A stretch of 63,894 nucleotides of DNA, filler included, from Craspedostauros australis (Eukaryota), in the NCBI GenBank assembly GCA_030167865.1. It is 5 parts of 5 records of this genome, joined end to end, with 100 filler letters (N's around TTAATTAATTAA, not from the genome) between each part and the next. Parts side by side here need not be neighbours in the genome. Positions count along the whole stretch, not along the records: positions 28,427 to 38,073 come from JALAGF010006554.1; positions 38,174 to 58,248 come from JALAGF010006556.1; 3 more parts are not named here. One strand, given 5' to 3'. Numbering within the stretch: position 1 is the first letter of the stretch; every line of letters begins with the position of its first letter. This document shows positions 35,179-47,488 of this stretch, piece by piece. The notes below the pieces were generated by a model, which did not search any database, had not been told where the DNA came from, and worked only from the letters and a program-made list of their open reading frames with translations. A program made the translations under genes and the position numbers.

Positions 35179-38100
35179 TGTGACGTCACCTCAAGGCCTT
35201 ACCTACCAGGTCTACAGGAATGAAATATGTTTCAAATAATCCATCAGATTCCATCAATCATCAGATTCAACAAAACCTGAGAATGGAACAATGACGAGAC
35301 AACAAGAGAGAAACAACAACACAACAATCAAGTCAACATCAACGAGCAACAAGGAGAGCAATGTACATGGAGGTGCAAGAGTATTGCACCAGCAATGAGA
35401 GCAAGGAAGAGATGGATCAAGAGAGCATCTTGATCCTCTCATTCCGCACGCTCGCTCATCAACAATCGATATCAGTAACAGCAACAAGTAACGGAAACAC
35501 TTACAGCCAAAGAGTGTGACTACTACCGATTCTCCATGCATGGAGCCTTCCAACACTCTCTCTCTCTCCATGTTATCACTGCGCGATACTCTGTATTCGA
35601 TACGTACTCAATTGCCCTGTCTCATATTGACCTACTACTTCATGTGGAGTTTTCAATGTCTTGCTTGAACTCCTCCTTTACATATCCATGATCTCCATGA
35701 CGCCACAGTAATAGAATCTTTGAATTCTGTTCTGATGTGGAGTCAGCTGTTGATGTGGGGACGCATGACATCGTGTCATTGCCAGCTGTCGTTCCATGCT
35801 CCTTCACATTCCATATTCCGTTGATGATGTAGATGGGAGGCAAAGGTATTGTCATTTTGGGTATAGTTGTGAAATATTTCGACCTGGACTTGATGTCACT
35901 TGTTTCTGTGGAATGGATGGACAGACCAAATATCTGATGCTCTCAGATAATGTTGTTCACCCATTGCCTTCCGAAATGGTGAACACATTGGCGCGCGTAA
36001 ATTCGTGATGTGATTCACTCAATCACGCTTCATTGATGACACGAATGTTAGCGCCGTTTGCACAGAGAGTACAAGAGAACAATGGGTGAGTAATGCACAT
36101 ACACCTATGCACATTCCGACACACAAACAACACGAAAACAAAGATGCGAAAGACTAATCTTTCCCATTCAGTGATGGAGGTGATTGTGCACGTCATGTTA
36201 GAATAACAAAGATAGCAGTTGGCAAACAACCCAGATCTATTATGCAGAAAATCAACATCATGCAGAGTAGAATAGTAGAGTGTGCGTAGAGTATGCAGTG
36301 CACATGATGTTGTGATGGATGTAGAGGAGCATGACACAAGGTCACTCAACAAAAACGCGCAGTGCAGAACGGAAAACAAAGCGAGAGTCGAACCAGCACA
36401 AAAGGATCACATGAGCAACGACCAACTCTCTGCCGTGTTGTGTGGCGACACGTGATGCAAAACGCAAATACAGTGGATTTCATTTTCATCGCACGACGAG
36501 TGTCCCAAATGCACTTTCGAGACGGATTGGCGAGCACACGCTTCTGCGACCCAGAAAACCGTGAGAATCAGCATCGATCTGAACCAGGTGGGACGAAGAT
36601 ATCAAATATAAAGTCTGTCCAACCACTCGTGGACTTGACGATGTCACTCAAGATGGAACATGCGACGTTGCCATGCACTTAACGACAAGAAGAAACACGT
36701 CATCACAGTTTCGACTCGAACTAACGCCCGTAACGTCGAAATGAGCACGTCATTTTGTTCCAAATCGAGCTTCCCACCAAGCAAAACACAAAGAAAGCGA
36801 AAATCAGATGGAAATGGGTGCCACGTGTCGTGACAGGAGCTCCGAAAAAGCGAATTCTGGCCGCTTGCATCACGTTTTGCCTCTAAAACGCTAGGCTGAC
36901 ACCATCATAACTTTTTAATCAAAGGCTGGACTCACTTTCTAGAACCTGGTCCTTATTACCAATGTGTTAAAGTATATAGGGTTAAATTTTAGTCTCCATT
37001 GGAGCCTATTTTTTCAAAATCCTGCCGTGGTCGTACGGTCATTGGCTGACGTGGGTCGTAAAGCAATGCATGGGTGAAACAACCAGCCACGCACAACGCC
37101 GCATACCGAAAAGGATGGATGACGGCGACCATGGCAAGAGATGGAGATGATGCTGATGATGCTGATGATGATGACGAATGGGAAGTGACGAAGAGCGATT
37201 GCAACCGTATCGCATCGATCGGCGACATCAGAAAGGAAGATATCAAGGCAATTGCATGGACAGTCGCATGAACAATCGCGGCACCAACAACGGTGCCATC
37301 AACAACGGTGCCATCAACAGTGGTGAGAGACGCCATGCTTCCGTGATAAACCCCGGATTCAAGTGATCAGCAGCAGCGCCCACGCTGGATGTGCCATCGG
37401 CAGCTGCGATTCAATGCCTGCTGGACGAGTGCATTCATGATGAGATCGGACGCAGCAACTTCTTTGGGACCTGTAGCACCAGGTGTTCGGAGATGCTCCT
37501 TCTATTACAGCCACCACTGCACGCACCATTACCACCAACGCCGGCTCATGCTGAAGCTCAAAGCGATGCATCGCAGCCACAGCTGCAAACGATGAGATGG
37601 AGGCACCGTGTCATCGGATCCACAAGTCGGAGAAATCATCTGCTACAGCATCAGCAACTTGTCCCATGGCTCGCCATCCTTGCCGGCTGCATCTGGAGCC
37701 CATGTGGCAGCTGGCGTGCGCTTGCGCCTTGCGTGATGCCATCCAACAACGGCGGAAGCAACACCAACAAGCCAACAGTCGCGATGCATTCATCTTGCGC
37801 CGTCCAGTTGCAGTGGAGTACGACGATCCATGCATGACACCAGCGGATACCACCATCCTTTTCCACACAACTCCATCCACATCATTGAAACCAACGAACG
37901 CGGAAAGCATTTGATTGGCGACGACGATCTCGGCGACAACAGCGGTGGCCAGACTATCGTCGTCATGCCGCACTGCCCAATGATGCTGTATGGTACACCA
38001 ACGTGCTGTTCACTCACCAGGATCATCTGCTGCTCAGTGGCATGATCATCAGCAATGTATTGGCCAAAGAGCANNNNNNNNNNNNNNNNNNNNNNNNNNN

Positions 38101-39740
38101 NNNNNNNNNNNNNNNNNTTAATTAATTAANNNNNNNNNNNNNNNNNNNNNNNNNNNNNNNNNNNNNNNNNNNNAAACTAAGCTTAACATTAAATAGTATA
38201 ATATCATACAATATTTTGCATACCACAGGATAAGCCACTGTGATCCATTACATTATAGAATACTGTGTTGTGTGGTATTCGCAAGTGTTGCTGTTGCTGT
38301 GAACATGGACGTGCAGGAACGCTGCCACCAACGCTGTGCTGTTTGACACAACACACACACAAACGAGGAAGCACACAACAGAACCAAATCACCAACAACG
38401 CAAGGAATCAAGGCAACACCGAATCTGCGACAACGTCACCATCCACAACATTGGATTCCATTGCCGTCTGATATCGACCGTCAAAGACGTCATCAATTTC
38501 GTCCGCGGTGAAGACAAGTCAGCCAGGTATTTGTGTCGTAAAAGCTAGCTAAATAAATCTAACCCTAATTGACAACGCGGCGTATAGTTATCTAAATATA
38601 TCACGTTTTACGATGTCAAATCCGCAAAAACGTACGATTCTATCCTGAATGGGGCCGTATTTAGGAGTTGCAACAAGGCCTGTCCGTCCCAGGTTTTATC
38701 CTCCCGGAAAGTATGTTTCGTTGCGTCGTGTTGCGTCGCGTTGAACTATCGGAATACGTAAATCGCACAGAGGTGGAGGTGGCTGGTGACATCACCAACA
38801 GCCCAATGTCATCTCCGACTGGAAGTGGAGGAGGAATTCGTATGTCTGGATCAGCTATCCGCAAGGGTACCCGCAAACAAGTTCGTGCGTGCCTTGGAGA
38901 TGGTGATTCTCGGCTCTGCTCCGCTCCACACCTCCAAAAGGTTGTCTCAAAAGATCCCGCGTCTTTCAGACATACTACTACGTATTCGCAGCAGGCGCGA
39001 TACGTACAAGAGCTGTAACGATTGTTTCTCATCTGCCATTGCTTGTGGCTTCGGTCGTATTGCGTAGTATGCAATAGACGTTGTGACGCTGAGCAACAAT
39101 TGCAAGTACGGGACGAGTTTGCTTTAAAGGTGGAGGACGTGTCGTGGCAATGCTCAGCTTTTTTTCATTTGTACCGCAACTACGCACTATACTTACGAGT
39201 ATTGTAGTGGCATGATACATACTCGTGCTCTGCATTGTACTTGTGGCATCTCACAAGTTGGTCTGGTTCTTGTGCCAATGACGAGGGTTGCAAAACAGTT
39301 GCGCATTGCAATTGGTATTGTTACGCGGATGGAATCCTCTACATCCTCTGGTGCAGAGAAGGAGTTTATGAACTGCTGTCAAAACTGCTATCCGAAAAAC
39401 GCACGTGTAAGTTCTACCTGTCGACAACTTCAGCAAAGTGTGCTCTGACACCGCGAAAGCGCTTCGTGCGAAGCAAATCTAGACTAGTCTATATAGACTT
39501 CATTCAACACAAACAAGAACGTTGGAAAGCATGCACAGACGAAGGACAACAACGAATCGAGAACAAGAGAGAGCCAGAACGACGAATCTCCAACAGAAAC
39601 ACCAGGAAGGGCCGCACATCTCATGGGTTGGCTGCGCGATCCATCACCGTTGGAATTGCTGACGACGCGATCACAACTTCAGAGATTTTGCACCTACCTC
39701 CTCGTATTAGTCCGATTCCCGCAATTGGAACTAAGCAACC

Positions 39741-40748
39741 ATGGTCCCTAAACCTGACGACACGGAGGCATGCAAGGCTGATGCCAACGGAGACGCTGCT
39801 GTGGTGGCCGCATTGGAGAACGACGATCGCACATTCAAGGCAGTCTTCCTGGATCTAGATGGCACGTTGCTGCGGTCCAACCACAAGCTCTCGGACAGGA
39901 CCGTCGAGTATCTGCGGGACTTGGATGCCAAAGGCTTCTTCGTTGCCATCGCGACGGGACGCGACATCTCGACCGTGTACGAGCACATAATCAAGTTGAA
40001 CTTCCCCTCCCACCCGACGCCGGTCATTTGCTCCAACGGTGCGCGTGGGCTGCTGTGCAACGTCGAAAAGCCCACGAACATCAGCGATGATGCGCATGTG
40101 ACATTCGACGTGCTGTTCGAGACGCCCGTCCCCAAGCACGTCGCCACGGAAGTCATCCAGCTCTCCAAGTCGTTGGGCTGCTGCTGCCAGTTCTACGTGG
40201 CGCAAAAGATCTACGCGGATCCGTCGCGGGATCAACATTTCGAGCACACTGAGAAGTACCAGCAATTGACCGGATGCGAGACGGTATACGTCAAGGATGA
40301 TTTCCGGGCCGCGCTGGAAATCGGATTGCCGTCCAAGATGCTGGTGCTTTGCGCCGACCCGGACAGCATCCTGGTGAAGTTCCAGAGCCACATGGAGGCA
40401 ACATTTGCCAACCCTGAGGATCGGCCAACGCTCATCCGCGGCAATTGGTTCCTGGAGGTGCTGCACCCGTCCATTTGCAAGGGAGTCGGCCTTGAGAAGA
40501 TGTGCAAGCATTTCCACATGCCGTTATCGGAGGTCATTGCGTTTGGGGATGGCGACAACGACCTGGAGTTCATTCAGATGGCTGGCAGAGGCGTCGTCAT
40601 GAAGAACGGCCGGGATATGGTCAAGGAGGCTGGGGATGTGGTCATCCCATACACGAACGACGAGGACGGTGTCATCCAGACTCTCAAGGTGATGGAATTT
40701 GCTGGTCATCTACGATTTGGTGCAGGCTTGGGCGTCAAGCAAACTTGA
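39741..40748 (+). CDS. Cof-type HAD-IIB hydrolase
   Basis: Motif I FLDLDGTLL, motif II IATGR, ICSNGA, motif III K (CKG) and motif IV AFGDGDNDLEFI. Confidence 0.92.
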   Translation: MVPKPDDTEACKADANGDAAVVAALENDDRTFKAVFLDLDGTLLRSNHKLSDRTVEYLRDLDAKGFFVAIATGRDISTVYEHIIKLNFPSHPTPVICSNGARGLLCNVEKPTNISDDAHVTFDVLFETPVPKHVATEVIQLSKSLGCCCQFYVAQKIYADPSRDQHFEHTEKYQQLTGCETVYVKDDFRAALEIGLPSKMLVLCADPDSILVKFQSHMEATFANPEDRPTLIRGNWFLEVLHPSICKGVGLEKMCKHFHMPLSEVIAFGDGDNDLEFIQMAGRGVVMKNGRDMVKEAGDVVIPYTNDEDGVIQTLKVMEFAGHLRFGAGLGVKQT

Positions 40749-41130
40749 TGGTGAGCACCAACGTCGTGCATATCGTTCACGCAATTGTTCCACACAATAA
40801 TCTACAAGCTTCAGTGCTCTACAAGTATGCTCCTACTATTGTACTAGAGTACTACTCATAGTTTGCAACACAGTTGACCTTGTCGCTTCGTGGGTTCTGA
40901 TGCTATCTCGAGTTCCGAAAGTTGGAGTATGGTGGCTTTCATTGTGACTTGTTCTGACCCCAAAATGAAATGAAGCCAAGCCAAGGCGAGCCCAAGCAAA
41001 TTACAATCACAGCAAAATCGAACGAATCTATGTACTCTCGTATTCTATTCATATTCATCTTAACATTCATCTTATTGTTCAATTCATGCTCGTTCTCGAA
41101 CTTGTACTCGTACGTGTACTCGTATGTGAC

Positions 41131-42552
41131 TCAATTGTCATCTCCGTCAGGGGTAACCGAGCTGCTGCAGCACGGACAGTTGATCTGGGTGTCGTAGACT
41201 GAGATCTGTCGCTCCTCTCCACACATTGTGATCGTACCTTGGAGGTTAGCATTCTTGTGCAGCGACATCGTCGTCAATGCCGTGGATTTGCTCAAGAAGA
41301 GATCCAAGCCGCCGACCCAACCTTCGAGTTTGTTGTCATGCACGTGGACGCGCTCCAGTGTGGAATTGTCGACCGTAAGGGCATCCAGCGGCAATTCACC
41401 CGTGAGTTCGTTTCCGCTGAGCGAGAGGCGGCGCAACGGCAGCTGTCCAATTTCCGGCGGGATGGTGCCGCTCAAGCGGTTGCCTTCGGCGTACAATATC
41501 TCAATGCCTGGACTCGTCGCGGCGATCGTGGTGGGAATCGTACCTGACCATGAGTTGAAGGCAAGGTCAAGGTACACCATGTCCTCGAATTCGAAGAGGA
41601 ATTCTGGCACGGGCCCCTCCTCGAACATGTTGAGAGACATGCAGAGCGTGTCAAGATCGGTCAACTGTGCGAGGTCGGTGGGCACTTTGCCCCGGAGGAA
41701 GTTGCCGGACACGGTGAGTTCAAAGAGCGTGGTGAGCAGCGACAGCTCCGATGGCAGGGATCCATGCAGCTCGTTGTCCTCCAACCGCAAGACGCGCAGC
41801 TGCTCCTGATGGTTGCAAGCGTCGATACGGTTGTCCAACGTCGTGACCCAGTCGCACTCGTGCTCGGTGTCGGAAATCCAGTTGTGATTCTGCGCCCAGT
41901 TGGGACCGTCGGTCTCGCAGAAGAAGGTGGCCATGGCGTATCGCTGGTAAATTCGTTCGTCCGTGAAGCTCGCGAACTCCTGGTTGGAGCGCAACCAATC
42001 TCGAGCAAGGATCTGACAAGGCTTCGTTGTCTCCATGCCCTTCTCCTCGAGCAGATCGATGATGGTCTGGCAGTTGGGATCTCTGTCGCACGGTGTTAGG
42101 TCGGCGCTGGATGGGAAGAATACGTCGAGACCGTCAGCGTCTTGGGCGGTGGGTCCCGTCTGGTCCACCCCGGCTCTGGACTGCTGAAGGGATGTCGACA
42201 GCCTGTCCTCCTGGTTGACTAGCTGCATCACCAGACCGACGAGGAAGACGACGAGCACCGCGCAACCCAAACACCCGATGATGGCGCAAGGAATGCCGAC
42301 GGTGCGCCGCTTTGCACCATCATCGTCATCGTAGTCGTCGCCATCGTAGTCGTCGTCATCGTCGTCGGTGTCGTCATTATCACTTCGAGCCTTCCGAATG
42401 AATCTTTCTTTGTCGTCAAACATGGAGTGCGAAGCCATGCTCATGTCATCCTGAGCCTGCTGCAACTGGCTGTTGCTGGAGTCTTCATTGGAACCGCACG
42501 AGTGTTGGTCACTGTCGTCGCGATACCAACCGCTGTCGCTGTAACCACCCAT
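41131..42552 (-). CDS. Type II membrane leucine-rich-repeat protein
   Basis: Acidic N-terminal tail, KRR followed by a TM segment (IIGCLGCAVLVVFLVGLV), LRR N-cap QRYAMATFF...W...HECDW, and plant-type LRRs (LxLxxNxLxGxLP). Probable start MGGYSDSG. Confidence 0.85.
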   Translation of the reverse strand: MGGYSDSGWYRDDSDQHSCGSNEDSSNSQLQQAQDDMSMASHSMFDDKERFIRKARSDNDDTDDDDDDYDGDDYDDDDGAKRRTVGIPCAIIGCLGCAVLVVFLVGLVMQLVNQEDRLSTSLQQSRAGVDQTGPTAQDADGLDVFFPSSADLTPCDRDPNCQTIIDLLEEKGMETTKPCQILARDWLRSNQEFASFTDERIYQRYAMATFFCETDGPNWAQNHNWISDTEHECDWVTTLDNRIDACNHQEQLRVLRLEDNELHGSLPSELSLLTTLFELTVSGNFLRGKVPTDLAQLTDLDTLCMSLNMFEEGPVPEFLFEFEDMVYLDLAFNSWSGTIPTTIAATSPGIEILYAEGNRLSGTIPPEIGQLPLRRLSLSGNELTGELPLDALTVDNSTLERVHVHDNKLEGWVGGLDLFLSKSTALTTMSLHKNANLQGTITMCGEERQISVYDTQINCPCCSSSVTPDGDDN

Positions 42553-43507
42553 GTTCCGAACTTTCAATGTGTTGTCGCTGTTGCTGATGTGGTTGCTGAT
42601 GTTGGCGTTGGCGTTGGCGTTGGCGTTGGCGTTGGTGTTTGGTAGTACACTGTTATTATGAATGTTGACGCTGGTGGTGGCATTGTCGTTGTTGGTTTTA
42701 TTGTGATTGGAATGTTGTGTGTTTTCCTGTGATGGGCCGCGATGGTTTGTACCTCTCGTGCATGTTTCGGCCAGCGTGCTCTTCTTGTCTTGCGCATCTG
42801 ACAAAATGTGGTTTGTTTTGTTCGTTGTGGGTGTCTTTGTTCGTGCGGTGAAACCAAAAAGGGACCGACTCAATGACCAGGCTTCTTCGCCGCACTTATG
42901 ATAGGGCATAAACGAAGATCGTGGAAATGCACCGAGATTGTCCGTTGGGATCCAGGCTTTGGAATCGGTTTTTTGACTACCTCGATCGAATTGTGTGTGT
43001 TTCTTTAATCGATCGAGTCAGTGTTGGTCTTTGTCAACCGTCTCGGTTCGGCGACAACGAACTCCACTTGAAAATAACGGTCGTATTCAGCGACATCGTT
43101 GTTCCACTTCGAGCCAGGAAGCGAAAACGACCATGGCGATTGACAGACGCGGTGGCTGCTTCGGGGTCGTTTTCTGTCGCACAGAGGCTTGGCGCTTAGC
43201 AGTGCGAGAGGCTTCCGCTCTGGTCGATACCATCATCATTGTCATCATCACCATCATCATTCTGAAAGCATCTTCGACATCGTTACCAATATCATTATCA
43301 ACATCATTATCAACATCATTATCAACATCGTTGTGAACGTCGTTGTGAACAGCAGCAGGTATCCAAGGCAACTTCTGAATAGGCATTGACGCGCTGTCGT
43401 CCGCTGCGGCATCCATCGGACCCATCGAATCCATCAACTTGAGCAGAGACTCCAGAGAGTGCCCACCGCGCGAGCAGACTTGGAACTGCACAAGCCGAAC
43501 AGCAACC

Positions 43508-44272
43508 ATGTCATCTCCAGAAGCAGGCAGCAATGCCGCAAGCGGCGAAGAAGCCGGCGAATTGAGACGCGACGAGCTGTCACGACGGATGTTCATCGGT
43601 GGGCTGTTCGGTCTGCCATGGCTCTGGATCGTCCACACATTCTTCTGGCACGGTCAGCAACGCGCAGCAGATCAAGCTCTGTTGGATTCCAACGAAGGTG
43701 AGCGGCAAAGCACGGCAACGCAGCGTCATCCATGCTATCTCTTTCCACGCTGCCCTGCACTCGCATGCATGTACTCATCATAGTATGCAACTATGCAACC
43801 GAGTGGAATACTCTGGAGCACTCCAATGTCTGGCGCTGGCGCTGGTGTGCTATCATTCTGCAGAGAGTACGCTCAAGCAACTCATTTTGATGTTTCAAAC
43901 ATTCACTTACACTCATTGCACGTTGTGTTCGTCTTGAAATATCTTCTTCTCCCTGCGGTATTGTTGTGGTGTGGATCCCTACCCACTCTACACCGTACTC
44001 GTACTTTGACAACGTCAAATGGTACTTCGTACCAACGGCAACCTGTGCACGCCTCGGAACTGCCATCCACAGATGCGCGACAACCTCAGCAAGAGGAAGA
44101 GCTGATCAACATGAAGCAGAGAGAATGGGTGCGGCGTGGGCGTAATGCAGCGGTGGTGGCAATGACTTTATGGTGTGGCTGGATCGTCGTGGTGCAGCTC
44201 TTCCTCAAGGATATCCTGCCCAACGCCTTGTACGTTCGATCTGAAGATTATGCTGAGCGGACTGGCTGGTAA
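43508..44272 (+). CDS. PSENEN: Gamma-secretase subunit PEN-2; 2 exons (43508-43697, 44073-44272)
   Basis: LSRRMFIGGLFGLPWLWIVHTFFW matches PEN-2 hydrophobic domain 1. A GTGAGC...ACAG intron (43698-44072) leads to WVRRG...LWCGWIVVVQ, matching domain 2. Confidence 0.8.
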
Positions 44273-45438
44273 TCGTGGCATACGATTTCCAAGCAGTTAC
44301 GAATGCTCAGGTAATGATGAGAGAGTGGTCGACTGGAGTTCTCTCATCTTGCCGCATTTCGCAAATCACCACCAGATTCTGAATGGACACGGCGTATTGG
44401 AGCCGTATGTGTCGCCAACACCACATCCAGTAACGAGGACGGTATTTCATCTCAGGATGGAAAATCAAGCCAACGCGGCAGGTGGTTCATCTTTGGCGAA
44501 ACTAGATTGTGATAGTATTTCTGTATGTTACTAGTGTAGCAGAGAAGAAATAGGTCGTACAGCAGAGGATGGCCCGGCACCAAATCAAGCCTCACCTCGA
44601 TGCTCACAGCTTGGAATCGTGACCATCTGGCGATCACAATCAACGTCGTCTGGGCCTCGCATTTCCAGAGAGAGAAAGAGAGAGAAAGAAGATTGCACAG
44701 ATCATTGTATCCCGTTGGAGGTGGTGCTGTGAAGTCCAGTATTGTGCGCCACAGCCCAGCAACACTGATCTTGGTTCTAAGTGGTTCGAAACGGGTTTCC
44801 TCCTAGCATCATTGTGCGGCATCAGCACGCAAAGAATAACGTCGTTTGTGGAGTAGTTGAGCAGAGTGGAGCGCTGTGGCAGCTGCCATGATACTTACTA
44901 CCAGCATGGTCGTATTCAAAAGTAAAAAAAAAGACACACTCAAGTTTTGCTTGACGAAGCTCGTACCGTACCCAAACTGCCACCTCGTCCGACCTCGATT
45001 GTAAAAGCAGATGGGGAATGGGCGAATGGGCGATGGCAGAGCAGATGTCACCCACTGAGAACATATCAAGCGTATAGCACTCGTATTCCCCTGCTCTCCA
45101 TCAGATTGTGGCCGTGTCGAGAGTCCTCCCTTGCATGCGGTGTTGTGAATGCTTTGAATGAACGCCTTTTGCTGGAAGCCCATTGATTTCAACTCGTCTG
45201 TGTGTTGGAATGTGTGCTTGCCCTGTTGGTTGCCAAATGGTGGCAAACAGACAAACAGGCAAGCAAGCAGCAGGAAATCTTGTGCCTCACGCATGTGCAC
45301 CTATGGTGTGCTATAATGTATAGAGTAAGTATGGATGTGTGCATGGTTGCGCGGAATCTCTCATTCTTCAAATCTGTCACCCCTTCACTCATGCACTCAT
45401 GCACCCGTCCAGTTCCATTGCCAGCTGTCGGATCGGGA

Positions 45439-46488
45439 TTACAACGTACTGAGCTTATCCCATGCGACTTGGCCGATGGCAGCATCCTGCGCGCCGGTGC
45501 CTGTCAGATCCACCACGATCAGCTCGTCGCCTTCGCGTCCGGGCTTGCCGTTGACGAGCTCGCCCAGCTCGGCGTAGACATCGGCCTCGGTCATGACGCC
45601 AGCCTGCAACGGACCGCGGAGCTCACCGACCTTGGACGTTTGCTTGGTGAGGTCCGAGATGTACTTGCTCGCCTTGAGGACATCGTTCGGGATCTCCTGC
45701 TTCGTCGGCTGATCGCTGCCAGACGCGATGATGGTGGTGCCTGGCTTCAAGTGCTCGAGCTGGAGCACCGTGTCGGCGCCCGTGGTTTGCGTGAAGATGA
45801 CGTTGCTCTGGCCGCAAAGGTCCTCCGAGGACGACGCGACGCGGAAGGGAACGCCCAGCTCGGCCTCCATGTCGGCGCAGAACTCCTCGGCGCCAGCGAA
45901 CGCGAATGCCACCCCCTCGAACTGAGGGCGCACGGCAGCTGCCGCACGGGCCATGTTACGCGCGATGGCACCGCAGCCGATGAAACCGATGGTATTGCCC
46001 TCGAGAGGGGTGGTGTACTTGGTGGCGACTGCTCCAGCCGCACCGGTGCGCAGATCCGTCATGAATCTGTTCTCCTGGAAGATGCCCAGCGGGGCGCCCG
46101 TGACGGCATCCACCACGACGAAGATGCCAGAACCAGGCGGCAGGCCCTTCTCGACGTTCTTGTAGAAGGAGACGCACGCGAGCTTCACGGTGAAGGTCTT
46201 GGCGCCGCTCACGTAACCGCCTTTGATGTGGCAGTCTCCAGGACCAGCGGCCGGGGTCTCCTCGATGCCGATGTGCATGGGCATGGGCACGTCAACCTTG
46301 CCCTTGGCCAGGGCGGAGAATGCCTCTTCCACCGACTCGATGGCGTCTGCCACCGTCAGATTGGTGGTCACCGTCTCGTAGTCGAACAGTCGCGGGGACG
46401 GGAAGCCTGAGAGCTTGCGTTGAGCCGAGGAAGCGAAGGCCTTGCTGCGCAGTGAGCGTGCTCCGCGGGAAACGAGGGAGGTCCACAT
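45439..46488 (-). CDS. OCD: Ornithine cyclodeaminase / mu-crystallin family protein with probable mitochondrial presequence
   Basis: HIKGG, TDLRTGAAGAVA, FIGCGAIA, ASGSDQPTKQE and VDLTGTGAQDAA; R/S/A-rich N-terminus. Confidence 0.9.
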   Translation of the reverse strand: MWTSLVSRGARSLRSKAFASSAQRKLSGFPSPRLFDYETVTTNLTVADAIESVEEAFSALAKGKVDVPMPMHIGIEETPAAGPGDCHIKGGYVSGAKTFTVKLACVSFYKNVEKGLPPGSGIFVVVDAVTGAPLGIFQENRFMTDLRTGAAGAVATKYTTPLEGNTIGFIGCGAIARNMARAAAAVRPQFEGVAFAFAGAEEFCADMEAELGVPFRVASSSEDLCGQSNVIFTQTTGADTVLQLEHLKPGTTIIASGSDQPTKQEIPNDVLKASKYISDLTKQTSKVGELRGPLQAGVMTEADVYAELGELVNGKPGREGDELIVVDLTGTGAQDAAIGQVAWDKLSTL

Positions 46489-47488
46489 GGTCGATCAATT
46501 ATCAAGACTTGGTGGTCAGTGGAGGTATGTCCTATCACACGAGCAGAACGGGTATGTAGGTAAGGTGGGGGAAGGAGCTGTCTGTTTCGTTTGTCTCTCG
46601 TCTCGTGCCTCGTCGATGTGCCTCTTTGTGAATGGATCAAGAGATCAAGGGGCTGTGGGACGATACGACTACAAACGAATTATACAATAGAACGCAAGGC
46701 AGAGCAGCAACAGGGAGCCTGCGCAGGACAAGGCACGCAGAGCACGATCTTCGATCTGCGATCCAGCATCGATTCTTCGATCTCCCACGCCTGCATCGTC
46801 TGCTGAAGAACGAAATCGTCTCCCTGTGATGATGTGTTGATGTTGCCCCAGGCAGAAAAGATCTGGTGTGATTCGTGAAAATGATGACGTCATCGGTGTG
46901 ATGTCATGATGTCACGAACTGATGCCAAGAACGAAATGACCGTGAATGGATTCTTCCAAAACGGAGTTCGAAGTGACACAAACAAGCTCATATTCACCGA
47001 TTCTGAGGACATTTTTAATTGTGCGCAGTTGCAGACAAGGAATCTTTGCAGGCGTTCCTAAATCGTTATTTTCGTGGCTAAATCAGAATAAACCGCTAGA
47101 TTGTCTGTTGCCGTTCACGAAAGCAAACAGACAGTCAAACAGACACCAGTGCACACATCATACAGACATACTCGTCCTCTCCAATGCTCTGCTTAGGAAT
47201 AGAGAAGACCTATTATACGAGGGACTATGCGTACTACTACTGTTGCGCGGGACTCCATGCCAATACATCGAGTGCTGCTTGCAGCCAACCATTACAAATA
47301 CTGTCCTGTGCTCTCCTCCGCAATATTGTACTTCGCACTCTCTGTCAATGGGTTGTCAAGTTGTCAAGCTTGGGTGAGAGTTACATACGAGTAGTGAGTG
47401 GATGCGGATTTCTGCGTGTGCACAGACACCATGATGTGCGAGCACCACGAGTATTGAGTCATGGGACGACATTTTGGAGCTGGAGCTA

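Larger units (their letters stand above)
28535..37057. mobile_element. TIR DNA transposon (non-autonomous or decayed, 8.5 kb) with nested retroelements
   Basis: The left end GACCCACGTCAGCCAATGACCGTACGACCACGGCAGGATTTTGAAAAAAT is the exact reverse complement of the right end. Imperfect similarity continues to about 28687/36905. GTAA flanks both ends (28531-28534, 37058-37061). Confidence 0.85.

Noticed and set aside
38174..38230. AT-rich contig start ending ...ATACCACA as a possible LTR end
   Set aside because: No second LTR, primer-binding site or polypurine tract is present in the window to confirm it.
37062..39450. Short ORFs in the regions flanking the second linker
   Set aside because: They are fragmentary with no recognisable domain; possibly decayed sequence, but unassignable.
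46826..46922. Possible C/D box snoRNA (GTGATGA...CTGA)
   Set aside because: The region is rich in TGATG repeats, so the boxes are expected by chance. No terminal stem or rRNA guide sequence was recognised.
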